A DNA stretch of 61,962 nucleotides from positions 1 through 61,962 of IMG/VR virus record IMGVR_UViG_3300016654_000115. The stretch is one strand, 5' to 3'. Made by a program: the position numbers and the translations under genes. Shown here in pieces: positions 1 through 9,586 of this stretch. Every line of letters begins with the position of its first letter. The stretch's first letter is position 1. The stretch is from a virus. Taxonomy: Duplodnaviria; Caudoviricetes. The notes under the pieces are model-generated. The model saw only the letters and a program-made list of their open reading frames with translations, was not told the origin of the DNA and made no database searches.

Positions 1-22
1 GGACTTGCCCTACTGGTGTGAC
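1..22. repeat. Terminal overlap identical to 61941-61962 (circular assembly)
   Basis: GGACTTGCCCTACTGGTGTGAC occurs at both ends, and an ORF reads in frame across the join. Confidence 0.95.
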
Positions 23-1538
23 CGAGGTTGAGTATCTTGTGGTTGCTGGTGGGGGTGGGGGTGGTGGTGTTGGTACTTCTTCAGGAAATGCTGGCGGCGG
101 CGGTGCAGGCGGGTTCAGAACAGGAACCGGTTTGTCGGTGACCGCTGGCACGACTTACACGATTACTGTGGGAGGCGGCGGCAGCGGTGCGTCCGCTGGT
201 CCAAATGCGGGTTCGCCCGGAACCAATTCTGTTTTTTCTACCATTACTTCTGCTGGCGGTGGCGGGGGTTCAGCGGGTCGGGATGCTGGTCCGGGGGCGT
301 CTCCGGGTGGTTCTGGTGGAGGCGGAGGCGCTGGTGGCGGCGGGTCAACACAAGCAGGCGCAGCTGGCAACACTCCATCAACAGTACCCTCGCAAGGGAA
401 CGCTGGCGGCGATGGTTATATCAGTGGTCAAGGATACGGCGCGGGTGGCGGTGGAGGGGCTACAGGGACTGGCAGTAATGGGTCACAGACAAATGGCGGT
501 AACGGCGGTAATGGCACGGCGTCTTCAATCTCCGGTTCGTCAGTTACCTATGCGGGAGGAGGCGGCGGTGGAATCAACAATGTAGGGCCGTCTGTAGCTG
601 CTGGTTCAGGCGGTGCGGGTGGAGGCGGAGCGGGTGGAAGAAACGCTGGTGGCACTTCTGCTTCTCCCGCTAATCGTGGAGGTGGTGGTGGCGGTGGTGG
701 TGGAGACACTCCCGCACAGGGCGGAGGAAGTGGGTCATCCGGTATCGTAATCATCAAATACACATCTACTCTCAAAACCGTAATTTTTACTAGTTCTGCC
801 AGTTGGGTTGCTCCTACTGGTGTATCTAGTGTGGATTACCTAGTTGTCGCTGGTGGGGGTGGGGGTGGGGCTGGAGACGGGTCTGGTTTAGGTGGTGGCG
901 GCGGTGCTGGTGGGTTTAGAACCGCCAGTGGTTTTGCTGTAAGCGCCGGAACAACATACACAATTACTGTCGGCGGTGGGGGCGCTGCCGTTACCTCCCA
1001 AGCAGGTACAGACGGCACTAATTCTGTTTTTTCAACAATTACGTCTACCGGCGGCGGGGGTGGCGGCGGGCGTAGTGGCGGCTCATTGGTGGCCGGAAAA
1101 ACTGGCGGTTCTGGCGGCGGCGGAGCAGTCGATGGCGCATTGAGTCCAAACACATCATCCGGCGGAGCTGGAACCGCAGGACAGGGCAATGCAGGTGGTG
1201 CTGGTCAAGCTGGTGGCACAGACCGAGCCGGAGGCGGCGGGGGCGCTGGCGAGGCCGGTAATACAGATGGACAAGGCGAGGGGGGAGACGGCACAGCTTC
1301 ATCAATATCTGGCTCGTCAACTACCTATGCGGGTGGCGGCGGAGGAAGCGGCGGCAGTTCTTTTGGCGGTGGCGGCTCTGGGGGCGGCGGTCGAGGTTCT
1401 CAATACACTGGGCCAGCCAGCGATGCAGTAGCTGGCACAATCAATACTGGTGGTGGCGGCGGCGGCGGATCAATTGGCGGTGGCGGGCAACAAGGAAAAG
1501 CAGGCGGCTCCGGCATCGTAATCATCAAGTGGACTTAA
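1..1538 (+). CDS. Glycine-rich tail fibre/receptor-binding protein, 3' part; true start at 61826 across the junction (about 550 aa)
   Basis: Two tandem Gly-rich units, each opening with V[ED]YLVVAGGGGGG and ending GSGIVIIK-like; in frame with ATG 61826. Confidence 0.8.
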   Translation, partial: TCPTGVTEVEYLVVAGGGGGGGVGTSSGNAGGGGAGGFRTGTGLSVTAGTTYTITVGGGGSGASAGPNAGSPGTNSVFSTITSAGGGGGSAGRDAGPGASPGGSGGGGGAGGGGSTQAGAAGNTPSTVPSQGNAGGDGYISGQGYGAGGGGGATGTGSNGSQTNGGNGGNGTASSISGSSVTYAGGGGGGINNVGPSVAAGSGGAGGGGAGGRNAGGTSASPANRGGGGGGGGGDTPAQGGGSGSSGIVIIKYTSTLKTVIFTSSASWVAPTGVSSVDYLVVAGGGGGGAGDGSGLGGGGGAGGFRTASGFAVSAGTTYTITVGGGGAAVTSQAGTDGTNSVFSTITSTGGGGGGGRSGGSLVAGKTGGSGGGGAVDGALSPNTSSGGAGTAGQGNAGGAGQAGGTDRAGGGGGAGEAGNTDGQGEGGDGTASSISGSSTTYAGGGGGSGGSSFGGGGSGGGGRGSQYTGPASDAVAGTINTGGGGGGGSIGGGGQQGKAGGSGIVIIKWT

Positions 1539-1540
1539 CA

Positions 1541-1789
1541 ATGGATACCAAAATCAGATTGCTTTACGGCATCGACACGGCAATGCACCTACTGCGTCCG
1601 GGTGCCAAGTGGGAAATCTCCAACACCATGATTACCCGCTGGGATGACCCGCGCCCGTGTCCTACTTGGCAGGAATTGCAGGACACCATGGAGAAAATCA
1701 AAGCCTTTGAGGACTCCATCAATACCATCCTGCTGCCGCAGCAGATTGAACAAATCACCGGGTTCAACAAGATGCTTGAGGCCGCATGA
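1541..1789 (+). CDS. Small tail-fibre-associated protein (XkdW-like)
   Basis: A..LLRPGAKW...W.D.RP.PT motif directly after a fibre gene. Confidence 0.55.
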   Translation: MDTKIRLLYGIDTAMHLLRPGAKWEISNTMITRWDDPRPCPTWQELQDTMEKIKAFEDSINTILLPQQIEQITGFNKMLEAA

Positions 1790-2376
1790 GGATCGAGAGT
1801 CTCTTCCCCACGCCGGTTGCGTTCTGGAACCTTGTGTTGGACAAGGATGAGATTGATTTTGTCCGCAGTTTGGAGCAGCGCCCGAATACTGGAAACACGA
1901 CCAGCAAGAACAACTACGTCTTGCGTGAGCCGCAGATGCAGAGACTTGCCATGTTTGTCGGCACCTGTATTGATGAATACACCAAGGGCATCTACGCACC
2001 AAAACATCAGGTACAGGCATACGTTACCCAATCGTGGGTGAACTACACCAAGCCCGGACAGCATCATCACAAGCACGCACACCCCAATTCGTTTGTCTCT
2101 GGCTGTTTGTACATCGCCGCAAACGATGACCGGATTTATTTCTATCGTGATGGGTATCAGCAGATCAAGTTGCCAGCAGAGACGTACAACCTGTACAACT
2201 CTGAAAGCTGGTGGCTTAAGGTCAATCAGGGCGATGTGATTATGTTTCCATCCCACCTGACGCACATGGTAGATCGGCTGGCCGACGGTAAAGACGAACG
2301 CATCAGCATATCGTTCAACACCTTCCTCAAGGGCACTGTCGGGAGTGCCGACGAATTAACTGAACTGGAGATTTAG
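1786..2376 (+). CDS. 2OG-Fe(II) oxygenase (TIGR02466-like)
   Basis: LFPTP start, SWVN, H.H (KHAHPNS), FPSHLTHMV and RISISFN motifs. Confidence 0.85.
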   Translation: MRIESLFPTPVAFWNLVLDKDEIDFVRSLEQRPNTGNTTSKNNYVLREPQMQRLAMFVGTCIDEYTKGIYAPKHQVQAYVTQSWVNYTKPGQHHHKHAHPNSFVSGCLYIAANDDRIYFYRDGYQQIKLPAETYNLYNSESWWLKVNQGDVIMFPSHLTHMVDRLADGKDERISISFNTFLKGTVGSADELTELEI

Positions 2377-2676
2377 ATGGCGCATTTCTGCGAACTGGAC
2401 GAAAACAACACAGTGCTCCGTGTTGTGGTAATTGCCAACAATGATACCGCCGACGCCCACGGAGTGGAAAAGGAACACATCGGTGCAGCTTTCTGCGAAC
2501 GACTGTTCGGCGGCCGCTGGGTGCAGACCAGCTACAACGGCAACATCCGGCAACGCTACGCAGGCATCGGGTACACATACGACGAGGCTACCGATGCGTT
2601 TGTGCCGCCGCAAAGTGAGCCGGTGCCAGAGGTAGAGATTGGTGGCGCATCGGCTGGGCCGACCATTGCTGTTTGA
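2377..2676 (+). CDS. Conserved fibre-associated phage protein
   Basis: MAHF.ELDENN.V..V and W.QTSYN..R..YAGIGYTYD motifs; RBS GGAG. Confidence 0.7.
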   Translation: MAHFCELDENNTVLRVVVIANNDTADAHGVEKEHIGAAFCERLFGGRWVQTSYNGNIRQRYAGIGYTYDEATDAFVPPQSEPVPEVEIGGASAGPTIAV

Positions 2677-2685
2677 GGAGCAAAC

Positions 2686-4200
2686 ATGCCGGTAACTAAT
2701 TTTACCCCGCTATTGGGGCTGGCTTTGCCCACTACGGGCGATTTGTCTGGGACTTGGGGCACAGCAGTTAACGACGCAATTACCACCCTGTTGGATACGG
2801 CGGTGGCAGGGACTACCACCCTGAATACTGACGCCGATGTCACACTTACCACAAGCAATGGGGTAGCTAATCAAGCCCGCAGCGCCGTAATTTTGTGGAC
2901 GGCCAGTGGCGCGACAACTCGCAATATTACCGCCCCCGCTCAGAGCAAAGCCTATATTGTGATAAATGCTACTGGCGGCGCCCAATCTATTGTGTTTCGC
3001 GGGGCGGGGCCAACGACAGGCGTAACAATTGTGGCGGCTGAAAGATGTGTGGTGGCATGGAACGGAAGCGATTTTATAAAAATAGCATCCAGCTTTTTGA
3101 ATTTTAATACCGCCTCAATTACCGGAACACTGGGCGTTGTAAATGGCGGGACCGGGCAAACAACGCTAAGTTCTAACGCTTTATTGGTTGGCAACGGTTC
3201 AAGCGCGGTTCAAACAATTGCGCCGGGGGCTAACGGGTATTTTCTTCAATCTAACGGCACCTCTTGGTCGGCAGCAGCCCCTCCGGCGGTAACGGCAACA
3301 TTTAACGAATTCACAACCAGTGGCACATGGAGCAAACCCGGCGGCGCAACTTTTGTGATGGTTGAGTGTTGGGGCGGAGGGGGGGGAGGCTCCTCTGGCG
3401 CCAAGGGCGCGGCGGGCAATTTTATGTCTGGCGGCGCTGGCGGAGGAGGTGGAGCATACACATATCGGTTGTTTAAAGCATCCGATCTTTCCGCTACTGT
3501 TGCTGTTACTATCGGCGCGGGAGGCTCTGGCGGCCCCTCCCAGACAAGTAATAGCTCGGACGGCCTTAGTGGAAGTGGTGGAGGCACAACAACTTTTGGC
3601 TCTTATTTGTCCTCCTATGGAGGGGGCACCGGTCTTTGGGGCGTTATTGCGGGGTCTTTTGCGTACATAACCGGAGGTGCCGGGGGTGGCGTTTTGAGTG
3701 CCGGGTCGCAGACCACGGCGGGATATCCATATTCACGCGCCACAAACGGTACCGGAAGCTTTATTGCCGGTCAGTTTGGTGGAGGAGCATTCAGACTTGC
3801 CTCCGGTTTTGGCGGCGGATCGGGAGGCGATGGAGATGGAGGCGGCGGCGCTGGCCTTGATGGATATGCCTCTTATCAGGGCGGCGCTGGCGGCGGGGGC
3901 GGGGGCGGTATCAATTCTTCTTCCACCTCCGGTACTGGCGGCGCTGGAGGATGTGATTCCAACCTTAACGGAGGCGGCGGCGCATCTGGTGGCGTAAACA
4001 CAAATGGTGGTGCTGGCGGAGCTAGGCAAGGCGGCGGGGCCGGTGGGGCAAGCAACGGAAGCGCAAATGCTGGCTCCGGGGGTGTTGGCGGCACAGGGGG
4101 AGGCGGTGGTGGCGGTGGTGGTGCCGCCTTTAACGGGTCGTACAACTCCGGCGCTGGCGGAGCGGGCGGCGGTGGGCTGGTTCGTGTTTATTCTTGGTGA
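2686..4200 (+). CDS. Tail fibre with N-terminal anchor and C-terminal Gly-rich domain
   Basis: LGL.LP..G..SGTWG N-terminus, GTLGVVNGGTG repeat, FTTSGTW.KP..ECWGGGGGG domain; RBS GAGGAG. Confidence 0.8.
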   Translation: MPVTNFTPLLGLALPTTGDLSGTWGTAVNDAITTLLDTAVAGTTTLNTDADVTLTTSNGVANQARSAVILWTASGATTRNITAPAQSKAYIVINATGGAQSIVFRGAGPTTGVTIVAAERCVVAWNGSDFIKIASSFLNFNTASITGTLGVVNGGTGQTTLSSNALLVGNGSSAVQTIAPGANGYFLQSNGTSWSAAAPPAVTATFNEFTTSGTWSKPGGATFVMVECWGGGGGGSSGAKGAAGNFMSGGAGGGGGAYTYRLFKASDLSATVAVTIGAGGSGGPSQTSNSSDGLSGSGGGTTTFGSYLSSYGGGTGLWGVIAGSFAYITGGAGGGVLSAGSQTTAGYPYSRATNGTGSFIAGQFGGGAFRLASGFGGGSGGDGDGGGGAGLDGYASYQGGAGGGGGGGINSSSTSGTGGAGGCDSNLNGGGGASGGVNTNGGAGGARQGGGAGGASNGSANAGSGGVGGTGGGGGGGGGAAFNGSYNSGAGGAGGGGLVRVYSW

Positions 4201-4205
4201 TTTAA

Positions 4206-4442
4206 ATGACACAACGATACGCAATAATTGAAAACGGGCTTGTTGTCAATGTGGTTATTGCCTCTGAAGAAGTGGCACAGGCAGATTGGGTCAGGACGGA
4301 TGTAGCCGGTCCCGGATATACATATAGCGACGGCGTGTTTCTTGCTCCGCCGCCCGTTACCCCCGAGCCGCCCCCCACAAAAAACATGCTGCTTGCAATT
4401 GTGCAAGATTTGCAAAACCAGATTGCCCTGCTAAAAGACTAA
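4206..4442 (+). CDS. Small fibre-associated protein
   Basis: YAIIENG.VVNV...G.TY.DG.F..P pattern, follows the fibre gene. Confidence 0.6.
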   Translation: MTQRYAIIENGLVVNVVIASEEVAQADWVRTDVAGPGYTYSDGVFLAPPPVTPEPPPTKNMLLAIVQDLQNQIALLKD

Positions 4443-4444
4443 TT

Positions 4445-4537
4445 ATGTTTGACTGGCTGCTCTCCCTTGTGATTGCGGCCTGCCTCTGTGTGGCAACTGT
4501 CTGCCTTGTTTGGCTGACATTAGTCATAGTCTTTTAG
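4445..4537 (+). CDS. 30-aa membrane peptide (not in ORF track)
   Basis: MFDWLLSLVIAACLCVATVCLVWLTLVIVF; starts 2 nt after the previous stop. Confidence 0.45.
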   Translation: MFDWLLSLVIAACLCVATVCLVWLTLVIVF

Positions 4538-4589
4538 GGTTTCACAAAACTGTCAGTTTGTTGTCGTATAACGGCAGGCTGGAGGCCGC

Positions 4590-4955
4590 ATGAAATCTCA
4601 GAATGTGCCAAATTTTGAGCAGATCGAACGGTTTGCGTTCTACATAAAACACTGGCAGCAAATCCTTAATTTGGTTGACTGGCGCATCGAGCGCAGCAAG
4701 AAAAAAGCCGCTAAAGGGTGTATGGCCGATGTGGACATGGACTCCACAGCGCGACTAGCAACCTACCGCTTAGGGGATTTTGGCTCGGAAGAAATTACAG
4801 AGCAGGCTCTGAAAAATACCGCTCTGCACGAGTGTTTACATGTATTCCTGCACGACCTCATAGCAGCGGCGCAGGCCCACCCTCAAAACGCCGAAACCCT
4901 ATCTGCGGCGGAGCATCGGGTAATCAACGTTTTAGAAAAGATATTGGGGAAATGA
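4590..4955 (+). CDS. Small zincin-like metallopeptidase
   Basis: ALHECLH (HExxH) plus downstream EH; RBS GGAGG. Confidence 0.65.
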   Translation: MKSQNVPNFEQIERFAFYIKHWQQILNLVDWRIERSKKKAAKGCMADVDMDSTARLATYRLGDFGSEEITEQALKNTALHECLHVFLHDLIAAAQAHPQNAETLSAAEHRVINVLEKILGK

Positions 4956-4956
4956 C

Positions 4957-5937
4957 ATGACTCTGCCATCCATTGACGAAGAAGGTTTCATCAAAATATG
5001 GCAGAGAAATCCAAGTCCCACAGGGGTAGCAAGAGAGCTTGGCATCAGCGCTAGAGCGGTGTACGAGCGAAGAGAAAGGCTGGCGAAAAAGGGCATTGTG
5101 CTGCCAAGCATTTCTCAAAAAGCAGTTGCCTATAAAGCCGCATCGGTCGATCTAGTGCTTTCCGCCCGAAGAGATACACACCGTATCTCTATTGATAACG
5201 GCATCATCTTGGTGGGATCAGACGCCCACTACAGTCCCGGATATATACCAATAGCCCACAAAGCCCTGTGCAACTTGTTGGTTGACTTTGGCGAAGATGT
5301 TAAGGCGGTGATCTTGAACGGGGACATTTTGGATGGTGGCATGGCGTCTAGGCACGCAAGAATCCGCTGGCATAAAGCACCAACTATTCAGCAAGAACTT
5401 GAGGCCGTGAAGGAAAGGCTTGGGGATATTGAGAAAATCCGCCCCGCCGGATGTGTGCTATTAAGAACGTATGGGAATCATTGCGCTCGCTTCGAGACAA
5501 GATTGAGTGCCCAAGTGCCCGAGTTTGAGGGTGTGCAGGGATTTCTTCTTAGAGACCATCTTCCCCACTGGCACGACTCTCTGCGAATAGATATCAACAA
5601 CGATTGTGTGGTAATCCACGATTGGCACAACGGCATCCATTCGGGGTGGAATGACGTTCTGAAAGGTGGGTGCCACATAGTGACAGGGCATACACACGAA
5701 CTAAGTGCCAAGGCGCACAAGGGGTTTAAAGATACCCACTACGGTATAAAAACAGGTATGCTTGCCGATGAGTGGCAAAACGAATTTAATTATCGACAAG
5801 GGAAGCCCGGATTCAACTGGCAGTCGGGCTTTGCTGTTTTAACTTGGATAGACGGAATGCTGCTACACCCCGAATTTGCTGCTGTGCGGGATAACGGGGG
5901 TTGCTATTTCCGTGGAAAGCTGTATGGTGATCCATGA
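4957..5937 (+). CDS. HTH plus calcineurin-like metallophosphoesterase
   Basis: SDAH, NGDILD, GNH, H and GHTH motifs; N-terminal VARELGIS HTH. Confidence 0.85.
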   Translation: MTLPSIDEEGFIKIWQRNPSPTGVARELGISARAVYERRERLAKKGIVLPSISQKAVAYKAASVDLVLSARRDTHRISIDNGIILVGSDAHYSPGYIPIAHKALCNLLVDFGEDVKAVILNGDILDGGMASRHARIRWHKAPTIQQELEAVKERLGDIEKIRPAGCVLLRTYGNHCARFETRLSAQVPEFEGVQGFLLRDHLPHWHDSLRIDINNDCVVIHDWHNGIHSGWNDVLKGGCHIVTGHTHELSAKAHKGFKDTHYGIKTGMLADEWQNEFNYRQGKPGFNWQSGFAVLTWIDGMLLHPEFAAVRDNGGCYFRGKLYGDP

Positions 5938-6077
5938 GTGCATGGCTTATTGTTGCTGTTGGGGTGGCCTATGCGGTGGTTGCGGCGGAGCAGATCACCA
6001 AAGGTAACATATATATGGCTATCGTATACGCGGGGTATTCGTTTAGTAATGTGGGCCTTTACATGATGACGAGGTAA
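5934..6077 (+). CDS. 47-aa two-TM membrane protein (not in ORF track)
   Basis: MSAWLIVAVGVAYAVVAAEQITKGNIYMAIVYAGYSFSNVGLYMMTR; ATGA overlap with the upstream gene. Confidence 0.65.
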   Translation: MSAWLIVAVGVAYAVVAAEQITKGNIYMAIVYAGYSFSNVGLYMMTR

Positions 6078-6079
6078 TC

Positions 6080-6556
6080 ATGCTTGAGACTCTCCTTGGT
6101 GGGGTATTCGGCGGCCTTCTCAGGCTTGCCCCCGAAGTTTTTAAGCTCTTTGACAAGAAAAATGAGAGAGAGCACGAACTTAAAATGGTTCAGGCCGAGA
6201 TGGAGTTTGCTCGAATCCGTGGCGAGATAGCCATGAGACAGGTCGAGGCGTCCATGACAATGGCTGAGATGGATGCCATTGGAGAGGCGTTTAAGGAACA
6301 GAGCCAAACCGCCAAGAACGCCGGTTGGTTCATCTCTGGCATCTCTGCGCTGGTCAGGCCGACGGTCACCTACGCGTTTGTGGGCGCGTATTTTGCCGTT
6401 AAGGTAGCAGGGTATTTGATTGCATTGGAGCAGGGCGGCAACTGGAAGGAAGTGCTGTTAACCGTTTGGTCAGATTCTGATACACAAATACTTTTCATGA
6501 TCATTTCTTTCTGGTATTGTGGGCGCGTGTTTGAACGCAACAGCCAGAGACTATGA
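6080..6556 (+). CDS. Putative holin (3TM holin-like)
   Basis: Hydrophobic segments, VRP..TY and FW..GR motifs; upstream of the endolysin. Confidence 0.65.
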   Translation: MLETLLGGVFGGLLRLAPEVFKLFDKKNEREHELKMVQAEMEFARIRGEIAMRQVEASMTMAEMDAIGEAFKEQSQTAKNAGWFISGISALVRPTVTYAFVGAYFAVKVAGYLIALEQGGNWKEVLLTVWSDSDTQILFMIISFWYCGRVFERNSQRL

Positions 6557-7017
6557 GCACTTACCCAACCTACAAGCACGGACACAATTATTCTTCCCCA
6601 ACATACCGCAGTTGGAAAGTTATGCGGAATCGATGCGAACGCACGAATGACAAACAGTACAAAGACTACGGTGGGCGCGGCATAAAAGTTTGCGAAGCAT
6701 GGAAAACATTTGCCAATTTTTTGGCAGATATGGGATTGCGGCCAGAGGGAACCACGCTTGACAGAGTTAACAATGACGGAGACTACACGCCTGAAAATTG
6801 TCGTTGGGCAACCCGTGAGCAGCAAGGTAAAAATCGGCGGGACAATCGTATCGTCGTTTACGATGGTCGTTCCATGTCTTTGAAAGAGGCATGTAATCTT
6901 AGTGGAGTTAATTACGACGCAGCACGAAGCCGACTAGATCGGTACGGCTGGACATTTGAGCGTACGTTTGCCACAAAAGAGGACGCCCGAGGTCGGTATG
7001 ACCGCGCCCATAGATGA
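6553..7017 (+). CDS. HNH homing endonuclease
   Basis: W..M..RC, YGGRGI.VC..W, DMG.RP, TLDR.NN.G.Y.PENCRWAT motifs. Confidence 0.85.
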   Translation: MSTYPTYKHGHNYSSPTYRSWKVMRNRCERTNDKQYKDYGGRGIKVCEAWKTFANFLADMGLRPEGTTLDRVNNDGDYTPENCRWATREQQGKNRRDNRIVVYDGRSMSLKEACNLSGVNYDAARSRLDRYGWTFERTFATKEDARGRYDRAHR

Positions 7018-7459
7018 AGCGGTAGAGATTGCCGCATCTCTGTGCCGACCGTTTGAGGGGTTGCGGCTCAAGCCCTACCTCTGCCCCGCCGGATACCCAA
7101 CGATTGGCTACGGCACCGTATTCAAGCCCGACGGAACTCGGGTTAAACTAGACGACCCGCCGATTACCAAAGAAACAGCCGAGGAGTGGCTGATTTCTGA
7201 ACTTAAGTCCAATTACTTAGCCGGTGTGCTGAAGGCATCTCCGGGGCTAATCTCCCATCCTCGGGCACTAGGCGCAATAACAGATTTTGCTTACAATCTT
7301 GGGGTGGGGCGATACCGAGGCAGCACATTGCGCCGCCGAGTCAACGAACAAGATTGGGACGGTGCTGTACAGGAAATCGTACAATGGAATAAAGCGGGTG
7401 GACGGATACTCCCCGGCTTGGTAAAAAGACGCCGAGCAGAAGCCGTACTATTGAGGTGA
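6998..7459 (+). CDS. Endolysin, GH24 (T4-like) lysozyme
   Basis: FEGLRL.PY.CPAG.PTIGYG, FAYNLG and LPGLV.RR.AE motifs. Confidence 0.92.
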   Translation: MTAPIDEAVEIAASLCRPFEGLRLKPYLCPAGYPTIGYGTVFKPDGTRVKLDDPPITKETAEEWLISELKSNYLAGVLKASPGLISHPRALGAITDFAYNLGVGRYRGSTLRRRVNEQDWDGAVQEIVQWNKAGGRILPGLVKRRRAEAVLLR

Positions 7460-7462
7460 ATT

Positions 7463-9586
7463 GTGCCCCTGCAAAAAGTCATATTTAAACCCGGAGTCAA
7501 CCGGGAAAACACGCGCTATACCACCGAGGGTGGTTGGTATGAGTGTGACAAGGTGCGCTTTCGTCAGGGAAACCCAGAAAAAATTGGCGGTTGGACCCCA
7601 TTCAGCGGGACAACATTTGAAGGAGTTTGTCGTTCACTTTGGAATTGGGTGAACTTGGCGGCAGAAAATTTAGTTGGCGTTGGCACAAACTTAAAATTTT
7701 ATATTCTTAAGGGTGGTTCTTATAACGATATTACCCCAATTCGCTCTACGGTTACTTTAACCAACCCTTTTGTTGCCACTCTTAATTCCAGCACTATTAC
7801 AGTTACAGACAACGACCACGGAGCCGTTGATGATGATTATGTAATTTTTAGCGGGGCGGGGATTGTCGGCTTGGGTGGAAATATAACCTCGGCAGTATTG
7901 ACCGGAACATTTCAACTTACATATATTGATGCCAACTCTTACTCTATAACTGTTTCTGCCACGGCAAATGCTACCGACGTTGCTGGTTCTCCGGGCGGCG
8001 GAACAGTTGTAACGCAGTATGAAACAAATACGGGGCCATCCTATCAGGTTCCTCTAGTTGGGTGGGGGGCTGGTCCGTGGGGCGGGGGCACATGGGGCAA
8101 CGGCCAAGAGACATCTTCTAGTTTGCAGCTTTGGAATCAGCGCAATTTTGGAGAAGATTTGATTTATGGACCTCGTGGACAGGGGGTTTATTATTGGAAT
8201 GCATCCGTTGGCTATGCTCCAATTCAAATTACTATAACTATTGCCGCCCCCGGAGTTATTACATTACCTTCGGGATTTTTATTCCCCGACGGGACAGCAA
8301 TTACATTTACATCTACGGGAGCCCTGCCCACAGGATTGGCTGTAGGGACAGTTTATTTTGTAGTAAATTCTACGGGCGTAACTTTTAATGTTGCCACCTA
8401 TATTGATGGACCGGCAATTACGTTTACTGGCGCACAATCAGGAACACAACGCATTTCGGCAAGGGGGGTTAATATTTCTGCCGCAGGGGACGCCGATGCC
8501 CCACTGTTTCAGAATTTTATTGAGGTGTCTGACGTATCTCGATTTGTTCTTGTGTTTGGTACAAACGATTATGGTCAAACCTATCTTGACCCCATGTTGA
8601 TTCGATGGTCAGATCAAGAATCTCCCTATACATGGACTCCAGCAGCCACAAACCAAGCTGGCAGTTTAAGACTGTCGCAGGGCTCTGAAATTATCACCAC
8701 CCTGCAAATGCGGCAGGAAATTGTAGTTTTTACAGATTCTTCAATTTATTCCTTGCAGTATGTGGGCGCTCCATTTGTTTGGACCGCACAAATTCTTGGT
8801 TCTAATGTTTCTATTATTGGGCCAAATGCCGCTTGCATTGCATCTGGGCGCACATACTGGATGGGCGTGGATAAGTTTTACGTCTACGATGGTCGGGTGC
8901 AAACTCTTAACTGTGATTTACGAAGATATATATTTTCGGATTTTAACAATCTACAAACACAACAAGTTTATGCCGGAACAAACGAGGGATTTAATGAAGT
9001 TTGGTGGTTTTATTGTTCCAATGAAAGCAACGTAATTGACAGATATGTAATTTACAATTATTTAGAAAATGTTTGGTATTACGGCACAATGGGTAGAACC
9101 GCATGGCTTGATTCCGGTTTGTTGCCTCACCCAATTGCGGCCACATACAGTCAAGAACTTGTGCAGCATGAAGACGGGGTAGATTCTTACGACTTGGGGA
9201 ATGTGTCGGCGATTAATGCATATGTCTCCTCATCCGAGTTTGATATTGGAGATGGACACAACTTTGGATATATTTGGAGGGTGCTTCCAGATTTGACTTT
9301 TACTGGGTCAAACCCAGTGGCGGGACAAGCTGGGTCGGGTATTCCAACACCCGCCGTCACGATGACTCTGTACCCACTGCAAAACTCAGGATCGGGGACC
9401 GGTTCTTCCGCCTCCGCAGGGGTAACCAAGGGCTCCAACTACGTCATTACAGAGGAATTTACTGGACAAGTTTACACAAGAGTGCGGGGAAGGCAGTTAA
9501 TTTTTAAAATTGAGTCAACCAATCTTGGTACGACATGGCAACTGGGCGCACCCCGCATTGATATTCGTCCCGATGGGAGGAGATGA
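7463..9586 (+). CDS. Tail nozzle/stabilisation protein (podovirus tail tube B-like)
   Basis: 707 aa, beta-rich, IRWSDQE motif, C-terminal PDGRR; precedes the internal virion genes. Confidence 0.7.
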   Translation: MPLQKVIFKPGVNRENTRYTTEGGWYECDKVRFRQGNPEKIGGWTPFSGTTFEGVCRSLWNWVNLAAENLVGVGTNLKFYILKGGSYNDITPIRSTVTLTNPFVATLNSSTITVTDNDHGAVDDDYVIFSGAGIVGLGGNITSAVLTGTFQLTYIDANSYSITVSATANATDVAGSPGGGTVVTQYETNTGPSYQVPLVGWGAGPWGGGTWGNGQETSSSLQLWNQRNFGEDLIYGPRGQGVYYWNASVGYAPIQITITIAAPGVITLPSGFLFPDGTAITFTSTGALPTGLAVGTVYFVVNSTGVTFNVATYIDGPAITFTGAQSGTQRISARGVNISAAGDADAPLFQNFIEVSDVSRFVLVFGTNDYGQTYLDPMLIRWSDQESPYTWTPAATNQAGSLRLSQGSEIITTLQMRQEIVVFTDSSIYSLQYVGAPFVWTAQILGSNVSIIGPNAACIASGRTYWMGVDKFYVYDGRVQTLNCDLRRYIFSDFNNLQTQQVYAGTNEGFNEVWWFYCSNESNVIDRYVIYNYLENVWYYGTMGRTAWLDSGLLPHPIAATYSQELVQHEDGVDSYDLGNVSAINAYVSSSEFDIGDGHNFGYIWRVLPDLTFTGSNPVAGQAGSGIPTPAVTMTLYPLQNSGSGTGSSASAGVTKGSNYVITEEFTGQVYTRVRGRQLIFKIESTNLGTTWQLGAPRIDIRPDGRR

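Noticed and set aside
155-4224. Pro-rich minus-strand ORFs
   Set aside because: Antisense shadows of poly-Gly codons
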